Of a stretch of DNA of 64,000 bases, positions 20,142 through 30,103 are shown in pieces (positions within the stretch are counted from its first letter, which is position 1; each line of letters opens with the position of its first letter). The notes beneath the pieces are model-generated. The model saw only the letters and a program-made list of their open reading frames with translations, ran no database searches and was not told where the DNA came from. The DNA lies in contig CAYOCJ010000001.1 of the NCBI GenBank assembly GCA_964402565.1, positions 416,079 through 480,078 on the forward strand. Reading direction: 5' to 3'. The translations under genes and the position numbers were made by a program. Source of the DNA: an uncultured Gammaproteobacteria bacterium (GTDB lineage: Bacteria > Patescibacteriota > Patescibacteriia > UBA1558 > 2-01-FULL-52-15).

Positions 20142-21149
20142 ATGCAAACCAAAACATTCAACTGGCCTGACCTTGGCCATGACCTTCAGGCAAAATATAT
20201 ACAGCGCGGAATCACTGACAAAACTTTGGCGCATGCTTTCATATTGTACGGACCGAGCGGCATAGGAAAAGAAGTTTTTGCAAAAAACAGTGCAAATAGC
20301 ATTGTTTGTTCTGATGACCTGAACCGCCCCTGCGGACATTGCCAAAATTGCATTTCAGCAAAAGCCGGTTTACATCCTGATGTGCATAGTATCGCTCCGT
20401 CCGAAGACGGTTCCATAAGCGTCGATCAGATCCGCGACCTGAAACGAACGCTCTATTTTCATCCGGTCCTTTCATCGCAAAAAGTAGCAATCCTGTCGCA
20501 GGCACATACCATGACGATGACCGCGGCCAATGCTTTGCTCAAAATCCTTGAAGAACCTCCGAAAGGCGTTACGATCTTTTTGATCGCTGATACATTACAA
20601 CATATTCCGACTACAGTTCTCTCGCGCTGCCAGGTGATGCGCTTCACACCGGCTTCACGCGATACGCTCGAGCGGTCGCTCGACAGTCTCAGCGATGATG
20701 CGGAACTGAAAGCCATGATTGCGCACTACGCTCAGGGCCGCGTCATGATGGCCAAAGATATACTCAATGATTCGGCTACGCGATATACGGAGCGAACGGG
20801 AGAAATTATCGGTTTGCTCGAGTCATCGTTACTCGAACGCATGTTACAAGCACCTCAGCTTGCTCACTACGTGCAGGACGATAGTGAAACAGATATTGAT
20901 CAACGTACCGAAAAGGATTTTGCTTCATTGGACGTGCTTGAAACGCTGCTGCGCGATGTCATGCTTTTGCAGGCTGGCGTTACTCGCATCGCGAACACAG
21001 GTTTTGAAAGCCGGCTCAGGCGCATTGCTGATCGCATGCCGTTGTCACAGGCAAGGGGGTTGCTGCACGGTCTTTCAGAATTGCGCTTGAAACTCCGCAC
21101 CTATGCACAGGCCCAATTAGCATGGGAATATTTTTTTATTAATTCATAA
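20142..21149 (+). CDS. holB: DNA polymerase III delta' subunit
   Basis: HAFILYGPSGIGK, PCGHCQNC, HPD, ANALLKILEEPP, TVLSRCQ. Confidence 0.93.
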   Translation: MQTKTFNWPDLGHDLQAKYIQRGITDKTLAHAFILYGPSGIGKEVFAKNSANSIVCSDDLNRPCGHCQNCISAKAGLHPDVHSIAPSEDGSISVDQIRDLKRTLYFHPVLSSQKVAILSQAHTMTMTAANALLKILEEPPKGVTIFLIADTLQHIPTTVLSRCQVMRFTPASRDTLERSLDSLSDDAELKAMIAHYAQGRVMMAKDILNDSATRYTERTGEIIGLLESSLLERMLQAPQLAHYVQDDSETDIDQRTEKDFASLDVLETLLRDVMLLQAGVTRIANTGFESRLRRIADRMPLSQARGLLHGLSELRLKLRTYAQAQLAWEYFFINS

Positions 21150-22270
21150 TGATTATGTACAGACGACTAGGGATACTTTTTATTGCATCATTGCTGCTCA
21201 GTGGCTGCATCTCGCTGAAAAGCTCGCAAAACAGCCAAGTTCCTGTTCTTCCCGCGGCTGGCTTGTTTAAAACTACGACTAAGGGAGAAACGTGGCTCCA
21301 AAAAGGTGATCTCTATACGGTCGGCGGCGTAGCGCAGAAAATAGCATACGGCGATATCATGTTCATCAAAGTAGACCCGCTTGATCCGAATGCGCTCTAT
21401 ATCGGCACCGATGCTGGCTTGTATTATTCATATAATCGCGGCGAAGGCTGGTTCCGGACGCTCGAAGGGAAAGGGCTGGTAAATGATATTGCAGTGGACC
21501 CGACAGATAAATGCACCATCTACGCTGCCATCAATATCTATGTGTATAAGACCACTGATTGCGCGAGAACATGGAATGCGATCCACTTTTCATCCCTCAC
21601 TGGCCAATTCTTCACCTCGATACTGGTTAGCAAGGCTGACAGTAATTTGATATTCCTCGGCGCATCAGATGGTGCGATGCTCTATTCAAAAAATGCCGGG
21701 GTTTCCTGGGAAGTATTTAAAGTATTTGACAGCACCATCATCACGCGCATGATGCAGCACCCGAAAGACCCAAAGAGCTTTTATGTCATGACGCCGCGCT
21801 ATGGCATCCAGGAAACCACCGATAATGGCGTTACCTGGAAGACCTTGCATGACCTGCCGGTCCGTTCGGCAGACGGCACTATCATGCAGCTCGCGCCCAA
21901 TACTCCGACGACATTAAAGGATTTGCCCGGTGCCCTGAAATTTTATGATCTGCAGTTTGACCCGTCGCAGAGCGATGGTTTGATTTATGCGAGCGGCTAT
22001 GGTATTTTCAGACTGATCAACGGCGAGTATTGGCAGGAAATTCAGATTTTGAGCAAGCCGCAAGCTGAAATCGTATATACCGTGACGCTTGACGCTACCG
22101 GAACAAACTTGTATTTCGCGACCAATGGAGCCTTTTACCGGTCAGAAAATGGCGGTAAAGACTGGAGTGTGAGAAAACTCCCCGCAACAGGCCAGCCTCG
22201 CTTCGTCGTCAGCGAACCTGATGCAGCCGGCGAACTCTATATCGGGTTTTATTCTCCGCCGAAGAAGTAA
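21149..22270 (+). CDS. Lipoprotein with BNR/Asp-box beta-propeller repeats (YCF48/VPS10-like)
   Basis: Lipobox LLSG|C; repeated S/T-x-D/N-x-G-x-T/S-W. Confidence 0.8.
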   Translation: MIMYRRLGILFIASLLLSGCISLKSSQNSQVPVLPAAGLFKTTTKGETWLQKGDLYTVGGVAQKIAYGDIMFIKVDPLDPNALYIGTDAGLYYSYNRGEGWFRTLEGKGLVNDIAVDPTDKCTIYAAINIYVYKTTDCARTWNAIHFSSLTGQFFTSILVSKADSNLIFLGASDGAMLYSKNAGVSWEVFKVFDSTIITRMMQHPKDPKSFYVMTPRYGIQETTDNGVTWKTLHDLPVRSADGTIMQLAPNTPTTLKDLPGALKFYDLQFDPSQSDGLIYASGYGIFRLINGEYWQEIQILSKPQAEIVYTVTLDATGTNLYFATNGAFYRSENGGKDWSVRKLPATGQPRFVVSEPDAAGELYIGFYSPPKK

Positions 22271-22281
22271 CGCTAACATCT

Positions 22282-22833
22282 ATGGAAGACATCCAAAGCA
22301 CCAAGGTAAAACTTGATGAATGCATCGCATACTTCAAGAATGATATCGCAACCCTGAGAACGGGCCGCGCGACTCCGTCGCTAGTCGAACATATCCAGAT
22401 CGAAGCCTATGGAGCCCGAACACCATTGATCCATATGGCAACTATAACAGCACCTGATCCTCGCACTATTCTTATTCAGCCATGGGACAAATCCCTGCTT
22501 AAGGATGTTGAGAAAGGGATCAGCCTTTCTGACCTTCATATCAATCCTGTTATCGATGGTGTGCTCATCCGATTGTCCTTGCCTCAGCTGACTGAGGAGA
22601 ATAGGAAAAACCTGGTTAAATTACTCCATCAAAAGGCAGAAGCTTGCAAGGTAACGATTCGGCAGCAGCGCGAAAAGGCGCGCAGTGATGTTACCCGTGC
22701 GAATGATGAAGGTACGCTGTCAGAAGACCAGAAATTTAAAATGCACAAACAGCTCGATGAAATGGTCAAAGAATATAATGACCAGGTGCACATGATCGAG
22801 GCAGAAAAAGAAAAAGAAATAATGACCATATAA
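22282..22833 (+). CDS. frr: Ribosome recycling factor
   Basis: LRTGRATP, IQPWD, PQLTEENRK, KEKEIM. Confidence 0.97.
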   Translation: MEDIQSTKVKLDECIAYFKNDIATLRTGRATPSLVEHIQIEAYGARTPLIHMATITAPDPRTILIQPWDKSLLKDVEKGISLSDLHINPVIDGVLIRLSLPQLTEENRKNLVKLLHQKAEACKVTIRQQREKARSDVTRANDEGTLSEDQKFKMHKQLDEMVKEYNDQVHMIEAEKEKEIMTI

Positions 22834-22834
22834 C

Positions 22835-23944
22835 ATGCTTGTATCCGTGATCAGTTTTATCGTTATTTTAGGGCTCCTGGTTTTTGTACATGAGCTGGGG
22901 CACTTTATCACTGCGAAGCGCATGGGTGTGCGCGTGGATGAGTTCGGCTTTGGCTTCCCGCCGCGCATCTTTGGCATACGCCGCAAGGGTACGCTGTACT
23001 CGCTTAACTGGATACCGCTGGGCGGCTTCGTAAAAATAAAGGGTGAAGCGGGAGAATTTGAAAATGACCCTGACAGTTTTTCCCATAAGAAAGCCTGGCA
23101 GAGGATCAGCATACTTTCTGCCGGAGTTTTCATGAACTTTATTCTGGCATTTGTGTTATTGTCTGTTGGGTTCATGATCGGCATGCCGCAAGAGCTCGGG
23201 GATGATGCTGCTTCGGCAACTGCCCGTGACATCCATATCTTAGTCATCGAGGTTGAGAAGGGAAGCCCTGCAGAGGCAGCGCATATGCAGGCGGGGGATA
23301 TTTTGCAGTCGCTTGACGGGAATTCATTTAATAATCCTGATGACGTGATTGCCTACATTCAAAATCATGCAAACTCCGCGATTTCGATCGACATCAAACG
23401 GGGAGCTGCGGACATACAGGAACGCGTCACACCGGCAAGCTATGGCAATCATCCAACTCCGCTTCTGGGAATCAAAATGGCCAGGACCGGAACGATTCAC
23501 TATGGTTTTTTTGAATCGTGGTCTCGGGGCGCTCAGGCGACGATCGTTTTGATCGGGCTTATTCTTGCTGCGTTTTGGGGATTATTGAGCAGCCTGCTGC
23601 ATGGTATTGGCGTCGGAGACCAGATCTCAGGACCCGTGGGCGTTGCTGTTTTGACCGGACAAGTTGCTCATCTGGGGCTGCCGTATTTGATAAATTTTGC
23701 AGCAATGCTTTCAATAAATTTAGGCATTCTCAACATTATCCCATTTCCTGCGCTCGATGGAGGACGAGTTCTCTTTGTTATTCTTGAAAAGATCAAAGGC
23801 AGGCCGATCAATGCCCGCGTCGAAGGGGTCTTCCATACTATTGGGTTCTCGCTGCTGATCTTGCTGGTGCTGGTGGTGACCTATCGCGACATCATGCACT
23901 ATGGTGCAGACATCCTTCGGAGCTTAAGAAATCTTGTGAGCTGA
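22835..23944 (+). CDS. rseP: RIP metalloprotease RseP (M50 plus PDZ)
   Basis: HELGH, GFPP, SGPVG, NIIPFPALDGG. Confidence 0.95.
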   Translation: MLVSVISFIVILGLLVFVHELGHFITAKRMGVRVDEFGFGFPPRIFGIRRKGTLYSLNWIPLGGFVKIKGEAGEFENDPDSFSHKKAWQRISILSAGVFMNFILAFVLLSVGFMIGMPQELGDDAASATARDIHILVIEVEKGSPAEAAHMQAGDILQSLDGNSFNNPDDVIAYIQNHANSAISIDIKRGAADIQERVTPASYGNHPTPLLGIKMARTGTIHYGFFESWSRGAQATIVLIGLILAAFWGLLSSLLHGIGVGDQISGPVGVAVLTGQVAHLGLPYLINFAAMLSINLGILNIIPFPALDGGRVLFVILEKIKGRPINARVEGVFHTIGFSLLILLVLVVTYRDIMHYGADILRSLRNLVS

Positions 23945-23945
23945 C

Positions 23946-24995
23946 ATGGCGCTTATCGGAAATCTCATTAACAGGAATTTCGGCAAGAATATCAGCATCG
24001 ATCTGGGCACGTCATCGGTGCTCATTTATGTTGCAGGCCAGGGCATCATCGTCAATGAACCGTCAGTTGTAGCTATCAATAACCGTACTGAGCAAATCCT
24101 TGCTGTGGGCAATGACGCAAAGGTCATGCTTGGAAAAACGCCAGCCTACATTACTATTTCTCGTCCGCTGATTGACGGGGTCATTTCTGATTTCGAGGTG
24201 ACTGAGAAAATGATCAAGCATTTTATCAATAAGATACAGAAAGAGCATTTTGCATTCATGCCCCGTGCGAAAGTCCTCATCGGCGTGCCATTGGATGTGA
24301 CGGAGGTCGAACGCAAGGCAGTAGAGGATGCGGTGATAGGCGCTGGTGCAAAGGAAGTCTATCTGATCGAGGAGCCAATGGCAGCAGCTATAGGCGCAGG
24401 TCTGCAGGTGCAGGAAGCGCAGGCAAATATGATCGTTGATATCGGCGGCGGCACAACAGATATTGCAGTGATTTCGCTCGGCGGCATTGTGACGTGGAAA
24501 TCTTTGAAATTAGCCGGTGAAAAATTGAATGATGTGATCGTACAGTATATTCGCGAGAAGTATAATATCCTGCTTGGAGAGAAAACGAGCGAAGAGGTCA
24601 AGATGCAGATCGGGTCAGTGCTCCCGCTGGAGGAGGAATTAGAAATGCTCATCCGTGGCAGAGACCTCCTGACCGGCTTGCCGAAAGAGATCACGATAAA
24701 TTCACAGGAAATTCGCGAGGCGATGTCACGCATGGTGAAATTGATCGTAGAGAACATCAAGGTTACGGTCGAGAATACGCCGCCAGAATTGGTTGCCGAT
24801 CTGTATCAACGGGGCATGGTCATTTCCGGGGGCGGCGCATTGCTGCGCAATATTGATAAGCTGATCGAGCGGGAAACGAGAATTCCTGTTCATGTAGCAA
24901 ATGACCCGTTAACGACAGTGGTACGGGGCGCTGGCTTAATACTTGAGGATCTGCAAAACTCGCGGGGCATGATCTTGCCTTCGTCTAAGAGATAA
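23946..24995 (+). CDS. mreB: Rod shape-determining protein MreB
   Basis: IDLGT, EPSVVA, EEPMAAAIGAG, DIGGGTT; upstream of mreC. Confidence 0.96.
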   Translation: MALIGNLINRNFGKNISIDLGTSSVLIYVAGQGIIVNEPSVVAINNRTEQILAVGNDAKVMLGKTPAYITISRPLIDGVISDFEVTEKMIKHFINKIQKEHFAFMPRAKVLIGVPLDVTEVERKAVEDAVIGAGAKEVYLIEEPMAAAIGAGLQVQEAQANMIVDIGGGTTDIAVISLGGIVTWKSLKLAGEKLNDVIVQYIREKYNILLGEKTSEEVKMQIGSVLPLEEELEMLIRGRDLLTGLPKEITINSQEIREAMSRMVKLIVENIKVTVENTPPELVADLYQRGMVISGGGALLRNIDKLIERETRIPVHVANDPLTTVVRGAGLILEDLQNSRGMILPSSKR

Positions 24996-25000
24996 GAGCT

Positions 25001-25747
25001 ATGGCTTCGAATTCACGCCGATATCCATGGATTGGCGGCATTGTGGCGCTGAGCATTGTCTGTATCATCCTATTGAATTTTTTTGTGGGCTGGCGCTGGG
25101 TCCCTGCTCAGTTTTTTATGTTTGAACAAAGCATGCGCGGCACGCTGCAGCCTGCTGCAGAAGATTGGAATACTGAACGTTCGCAGCTCTTGACGCAGGT
25201 CGCCCAATTGAAGGGGCTTGCAGACGAAAATGCTCATTTGCGCGATGAATTGCATTTTTTTGCAAAGAAAAAATATGCCTATACGATAGCGAATACGATC
25301 AGCCGCGACCCGCTGTCGTCATCATTGGTATACCTTGACGCAGGGAGTGACGACGGCGTTGCTGTCGGGCAGCCAGTGGTCATAGGAGACGGCATTTTGA
25401 TAGGAAAAATACTGAAGGTAAGCAATAAGAATGCTACTCTCGAGTTATTGACGAGCGACGGTGCGCGCATTGCCGTCAAAGGCCTGGATGATGCGAGCAC
25501 GAGCGGCGTTCTCAGAGGCACACTTGGCACAGGATCGCGGCTCGAGTATATCCGCGAAGTGCAGGCAGTCCCTGTCGGCACGGTTCTCGTCACCTCGGGC
25601 CTCGAACCATTAGTGCCGCAAGGCCTGGTCGTAGGCATGATAAAAAAAATCACCGAAAATGAAAATGCCCTTTTTGCATATGCGGATGTGCTTCCTGTGG
25701 CTGACCTGACTCAATTAAGCATCGTATCAGTGTTACGTGGCATATGA
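25001..25747 (+). CDS. mreC: Rod shape-determining protein MreC
   Basis: N-terminal TM; ENAHLR; GSDDGV; VTSGLE...PQGLVVG; synteny. Confidence 0.9.
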   Translation: MASNSRRYPWIGGIVALSIVCIILLNFFVGWRWVPAQFFMFEQSMRGTLQPAAEDWNTERSQLLTQVAQLKGLADENAHLRDELHFFAKKKYAYTIANTISRDPLSSSLVYLDAGSDDGVAVGQPVVIGDGILIGKILKVSNKNATLELLTSDGARIAVKGLDDASTSGVLRGTLGTGSRLEYIREVQAVPVGTVLVTSGLEPLVPQGLVVGMIKKITENENALFAYADVLPVADLTQLSIVSVLRGI

Positions 25748-26235
25748 AAGCGGCATCTATTTTTGTATTTTCATATTGTGCAGTGATGCTGTACTTTATT
25801 TTTTTGAATGCAACACCGTTTGCATGGTTTCCATTTGTTTTTATTTTGTTCGTACTTTTTTACCATTCTTCGCACTATGCCCACGGCTGGCTTATGGCTG
25901 TGATCATGGGGCTATTGCTGGACATTCATTTTCAGTTCATCGGGCCGTATCTTGGTATTTTCGTCCTTACTATGGTGGTGATCAAATGGACCCATGATCA
26001 CACCAGCTCGTGGCAGTCACTGCCAGCTGCCCTTATCGTGATGGGTGCAGCGAGCATATGGTATATCCTTGCACTTTTTACTGTGTCGGGTCTGATCAAC
26101 GGCTTCCAGCATTATTATGCGGGACCAGGGACCGTCTACGCGTTAATAAGCATGGTCATAGTAACCTGGTTCGCGCTTGTTATCGGCGTCATTGGTATTC
26201 GCAGCATGCGTAAAGCGCTCGGCTATGCGCGGTGA
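25744..26235 (+). CDS. mreD: MreD-like membrane protein
   Basis: Hydrophobic, GLLLDI motif, lies between mreC and mrdA. Confidence 0.7.
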   Translation: MKAASIFVFSYCAVMLYFIFLNATPFAWFPFVFILFVLFYHSSHYAHGWLMAVIMGLLLDIHFQFIGPYLGIFVLTMVVIKWTHDHTSSWQSLPAALIVMGAASIWYILALFTVSGLINGFQHYYAGPGTVYALISMVIVTWFALVIGVIGIRSMRKALGYAR

Positions 26236-28126
26236 GAATCCGTTCAAAATTCACGAAGGTTCTATACAAGACCGAAAACTCGCCGGTTATAATGCCGGCA
26301 GAAGCTCGGGTGATAACCTGTTGTTCATGCCGGATTTTTCCGGTTGGCTCGGCAAGAACCTCAAAAATAAACACCTGCTCTACTTCTATCTTTTCGTAGG
26401 TCTTGTTTTTGCTACCCTGTTAACGCGGGTTTTGTATTTGCAGGGCGTGAAAGGTTCAGATTTCTTCGCGCTTGCAGAGAAAAATAGAATTAAAACCATA
26501 CGGTTAAAAGCCCCTCGCGGCATTTTATACGATCGTTACGAGCGGCCTTTGGTGAAGAATATTTCAACGTTTTCGGCGTACGTGAACCCACAGCTTTTGC
26601 AAAATGACGCGCAAGCGCAATCTCTTGAAACGTATATTCATGACAAATTTCCTGAAGCTTCCGAACGATTGCATCCGATGTTCCAAAATTACCGTCGCCA
26701 TGGACAAGAGGAGTTGATAGCTGAGGATATTCCTTATGAGACCGCAATGCAATTGTTGATCGCCTCGTCTGAGAATGCGGCATTGCAGGTAAGCTTCGTG
26801 CCGCGCAGAGATTATCTGATTGCTGATGGCCTGGCGCCTGCGCTCGGTTATGTCGGGAGTATCACTGCTGATGAGCTGAAGGATAATCCAAAATATGAGT
26901 TTAACGATGTCATCGGGAAGGCCGGCCTCGAGAAGCAATATGAGTCTGTTCTGAGAGGAAATGACGGTTTCCAGAAGATCGAAGTCGATGCCCTCGGCAG
27001 GGAAAAGGGGGAACTTGCCCTGACGGCACCCGAAAAGGGTACTGACATAGGCCTCACGATTGATGTGGATATTCAAAAAAAATTATTTGAAGTATTGAGC
27101 GATGCCAGCAAAGCAAATGGCGGCACGCCCGCTGCCGGCATCATTATGGTTCCAAATACCGGCGAGATCCTCGGTATCGCATCCGTTCCGTCATATGATC
27201 CGAATATATTTACCGGGACGGTCGAACCGGATGAATACAAAAAATTACTCGAAGATCCAAAGAAGCCTTTGTTTGCGCGCGCGATAGGAGGTGCCTATCC
27301 TGCAGGATCGGTTTTCAAACTAGCAATGGCAAGCGCTGCGCTTGAGGAAAAAGTTATCACCGATACGTTCACGGTCGTGAGTACCGGCGGCATTCGGCTC
27401 GGCGACCGGTTATTCCCCGACTGGAAACCAGGCGGCCATGGGGTTACAAACATCTATAAAGCGATCTCGGACTCGGTCAATACATTTTTTTACATTGTGG
27501 GAGGAGGATCTGATACGCGTCCGGGTTTAGGACCTGATCTCATCAATAAATATGCGCAGTTATTTGGATTCGGACATACGACCGGCATCGACCTGCCAGG
27601 CGAAGTTCCAGGCTTTGTTCCAAGCCGTGCATGGAAAGAGTCGCAAGGCGAGAAATGGTATCAGGGAGATACCTACAACTTATCGATAGGCCAAGGCGCA
27701 TTGACCGTGACCCCGCTTCAAATAGCGCGCTACACTTCATTTTTCGCCAGCAACGGGATTTTTAATACCCCGCATATCATGCGTGAGTATCAGCAAGGCG
27801 ATTCGAAAGTTGCCTACCGCTCTGCGCCTCAGGATGGATCATTCGTGTCGCCCGATACCATTCGTATTGTACGCCAGGGCATGCGTCGTACCATCACCGA
27901 TGGAACCGCGCGAAGCATGCAATCGGTCCATGTTGCAGTGGCGGGCAAAACTGGTACTGCACAATTTAATAGCAAGAAACAGCCGCATTCGTGGTTTACC
28001 GGCTTTGCACCATTCGACAAACCAGAAATAACGATCACCGTGCTCGTTGAAGAAGGCGGGGATAAGGGCTTTGCCGTGACTGCGGCGCGGCGCTTCCTGG
28101 AGTGGTATTTTAACGAACGATCCTAG
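26225..28126 (+). CDS. mrdA: Penicillin-binding protein 2
   Basis: APRGILYDR, GKAGLEKQYE, SVFK (SxxK), SVN (SxN), KTGTAQ. Confidence 0.95.
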   Translation: MRGENPFKIHEGSIQDRKLAGYNAGRSSGDNLLFMPDFSGWLGKNLKNKHLLYFYLFVGLVFATLLTRVLYLQGVKGSDFFALAEKNRIKTIRLKAPRGILYDRYERPLVKNISTFSAYVNPQLLQNDAQAQSLETYIHDKFPEASERLHPMFQNYRRHGQEELIAEDIPYETAMQLLIASSENAALQVSFVPRRDYLIADGLAPALGYVGSITADELKDNPKYEFNDVIGKAGLEKQYESVLRGNDGFQKIEVDALGREKGELALTAPEKGTDIGLTIDVDIQKKLFEVLSDASKANGGTPAAGIIMVPNTGEILGIASVPSYDPNIFTGTVEPDEYKKLLEDPKKPLFARAIGGAYPAGSVFKLAMASAALEEKVITDTFTVVSTGGIRLGDRLFPDWKPGGHGVTNIYKAISDSVNTFFYIVGGGSDTRPGLGPDLINKYAQLFGFGHTTGIDLPGEVPGFVPSRAWKESQGEKWYQGDTYNLSIGQGALTVTPLQIARYTSFFASNGIFNTPHIMREYQQGDSKVAYRSAPQDGSFVSPDTIRIVRQGMRRTITDGTARSMQSVHVAVAGKTGTAQFNSKKQPHSWFTGFAPFDKPEITITVLVEEGGDKGFAVTAARRFLEWYFNERS

Positions 28127-28218
28127 CTTGACTTCGCACCGTTATTGCAGGCATACACAGTGCCGGGTTGACTGGGGTAGTAAAACCATATAGAGTTCAA
28201 CCATTACTAAGCGATCAC

Positions 28219-28677
28219 ATGGCAGATTCAATCATATTAACTTCACAGGGACTTGAGAAGTTAAAAAAAGAACTTGAGTATTTGAAAAAGGAAAAACGCG
28301 TTCAGGTATCTGAACGCATTCGTGTTGCAAAAGATTTTGGCGACCTTTCTGAGAATGCCGAGTATCATGAGGCGAAAGAGGAGCAAGCCTTCGTCGAAGG
28401 GCGGATCGCTGAGCTTGCTCAAATCATCAAGTCAGCACATGTCGCTGATCCGGTGCAAGGGACAGGAGTTAGTGTCGGCAGTACGGTCGTCGTCGACAAG
28501 AGCGGAACGCGAATGACATTTGAAATAGTCGGTGCGACCGAAGCAGATCCTACGGCCGGCAAGATCTCTCTTGAATCGCCGCTCGGACAGGCATTGCTAG
28601 GCAAAACGGTCGGCGAACAGGTCACTATCACTGCTCCGACCGGCCAGCTCGTTTATACTATTGAAGAAATCAGATAA
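28219..28677 (+). CDS. greA: Transcription elongation factor GreA
   Basis: GDLSENAEYHEAKEEQ, ISLESPLGQALLG. Confidence 0.97.
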   Translation: MADSIILTSQGLEKLKKELEYLKKEKRVQVSERIRVAKDFGDLSENAEYHEAKEEQAFVEGRIAELAQIIKSAHVADPVQGTGVSVGSTVVVDKSGTRMTFEIVGATEADPTAGKISLESPLGQALLGKTVGEQVTITAPTGQLVYTIEEIR

Positions 28678-29690
28678 TGTTTATAAAGAAAATTGCGGTC
28701 GATCTGGGAACGACGTATACCCTGGTTCACGTGCCGAAGCGGGGTATTATTATCAATGAACCATCTGTTGTGGCTGTTTCAGCTATTGATAAACGCGTAC
28801 TTGCGGTGGGTGAAGAAGCGCGCGATATGATAGGCAGAACTCCTGATACAATCATTGCACGCCGTCCGCTCAAAGATGGTGTCATTGCAGATTATAAGAC
28901 CACCGAGAGCATGTTGAAATATTTCATCTCGAAAGCGACGGGTGGAGTACGTTTCTTCCGTCCTGAGGTCATGATCGCGGTTCCCGCAGGCATTACATCG
29001 ACAGAACGCCGTGCGGTCATCGATGCGACATTGAATGCCGGCGCGAAAGCAGCGTATATTATTAAGCAGCCGATCGCGGCAGCTATTGGCGCGGACATCC
29101 CGATCGGTTCAGCATCGGGCCATATGATCGTTGAGATCGGAGGCGGTACATCTGAAATCGCAGTTATTTCTTTGGGCGGTATTGTTTCGAATACTTCGGT
29201 GCGTATCGGAGGTACGCGGCTCGATGCGGCGATTCAGGAATACATCAAGCGAAAGTATAATCTTGCAATCGGCGAGCGTACTGCAGAGGATATTAAGATC
29301 AAGATCGGCTCAGCTATGTACGTGCCGAAAGATGAGAAGATGCAGATGGAGATCAAAGGCCGAGATATGATCTCTGGTTTGCCGAAAACAATGCTGGTAA
29401 CCTCTGATGATGTCACTGAAGCTCTGCAGAATGATTTGCAGGGTATCATCAATGCGGTGAAGACAGTGCTTTTTCACACGCCTCCGGAACTCTCAGCAGA
29501 TGTTATGGATAAGGGGATGGTATTGTCTGGCGGCACTTCACAACTTCGCAATATCGATAAGCTGCTTTCACAGGCGACGGGTGTCCCTGCCATGCTTGCG
29601 GACGATCCGATGCTTTGTGTGGCTCGTGGTACTGGCGTTGCCCTCGATAACCTTGAAGCATATAAGGTTAGTATTTTGTCAGCAAAGTAG
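28677..29690 (+). CDS. mreB: Second MreB/Mbl paralog
   Basis: VDLGT, EPSVVA, AAAIGA, IGGGTS, TPPELSAD. Confidence 0.93.
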   Translation: MFIKKIAVDLGTTYTLVHVPKRGIIINEPSVVAVSAIDKRVLAVGEEARDMIGRTPDTIIARRPLKDGVIADYKTTESMLKYFISKATGGVRFFRPEVMIAVPAGITSTERRAVIDATLNAGAKAAYIIKQPIAAAIGADIPIGSASGHMIVEIGGGTSEIAVISLGGIVSNTSVRIGGTRLDAAIQEYIKRKYNLAIGERTAEDIKIKIGSAMYVPKDEKMQMEIKGRDMISGLPKTMLVTSDDVTEALQNDLQGIINAVKTVLFHTPPELSADVMDKGMVLSGGTSQLRNIDKLLSQATGVPAMLADDPMLCVARGTGVALDNLEAYKVSILSAK

Positions 29691-29692
29691 AT

Positions 29693-29721
29693 TTGACAAA
29701 GCTGATAGCTTATTGTATAGT
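29693..29721 (+). promoter_or_regulatory. rnpB promoter
   Basis: TTGACA-N17-TATAGT. Confidence 0.8.
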
Positions 29722-29727
29722 TTTAAA

Positions 29728-30094
29728 GCTTTAGTTATTTTGATGATCGCCGCGGTATTGGGTATACTGATACCGAGGAGGAAAGTCCGAACACCAATAT
29801 AAGAGTAGTCGATAACGTCGACCCTTCTGCATCCATAGTGCAGAAGAGGACCAGTGCAACAGAAAGTAAACCGCTCCGGCCTCGCGTCGGAGTAAGGGTG
29901 AAACCGTGAGGTAAGAGCTCACGCACGCATGCAGTGATGTATGCGTAGGGTAAACTCTACTCGGTGCAAAGCCAAATAGGCCCCGATCTTCGGGGCGGGT
30001 AGGCTGCTTGATCCTGCAGGCAACTGCAGGACTAGATAGATGATCATAGCTCTCGCAAGAGAGAACAGAATTCGGCTTATAGAATAATTGAAGC
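29728..30094 (+). ncRNA. rnpB: RNase P RNA (bacterial type A)
   Basis: GAGGAAAGTCCG...ACAGAAA...GGGTGAAAC...GGTAAGAGC...GGTAAACTC...TAGATAGATGATC...AACAGAATTCGGCTTAT; terminal P1 pairing. Confidence 0.95.
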
Positions 30095-30103
30095 ATTGTT
30101 AGA

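Noticed and set aside
29731-30096. 121-aa minus-strand ORF
   Set aside because: It is the antisense of the RNase P RNA gene.
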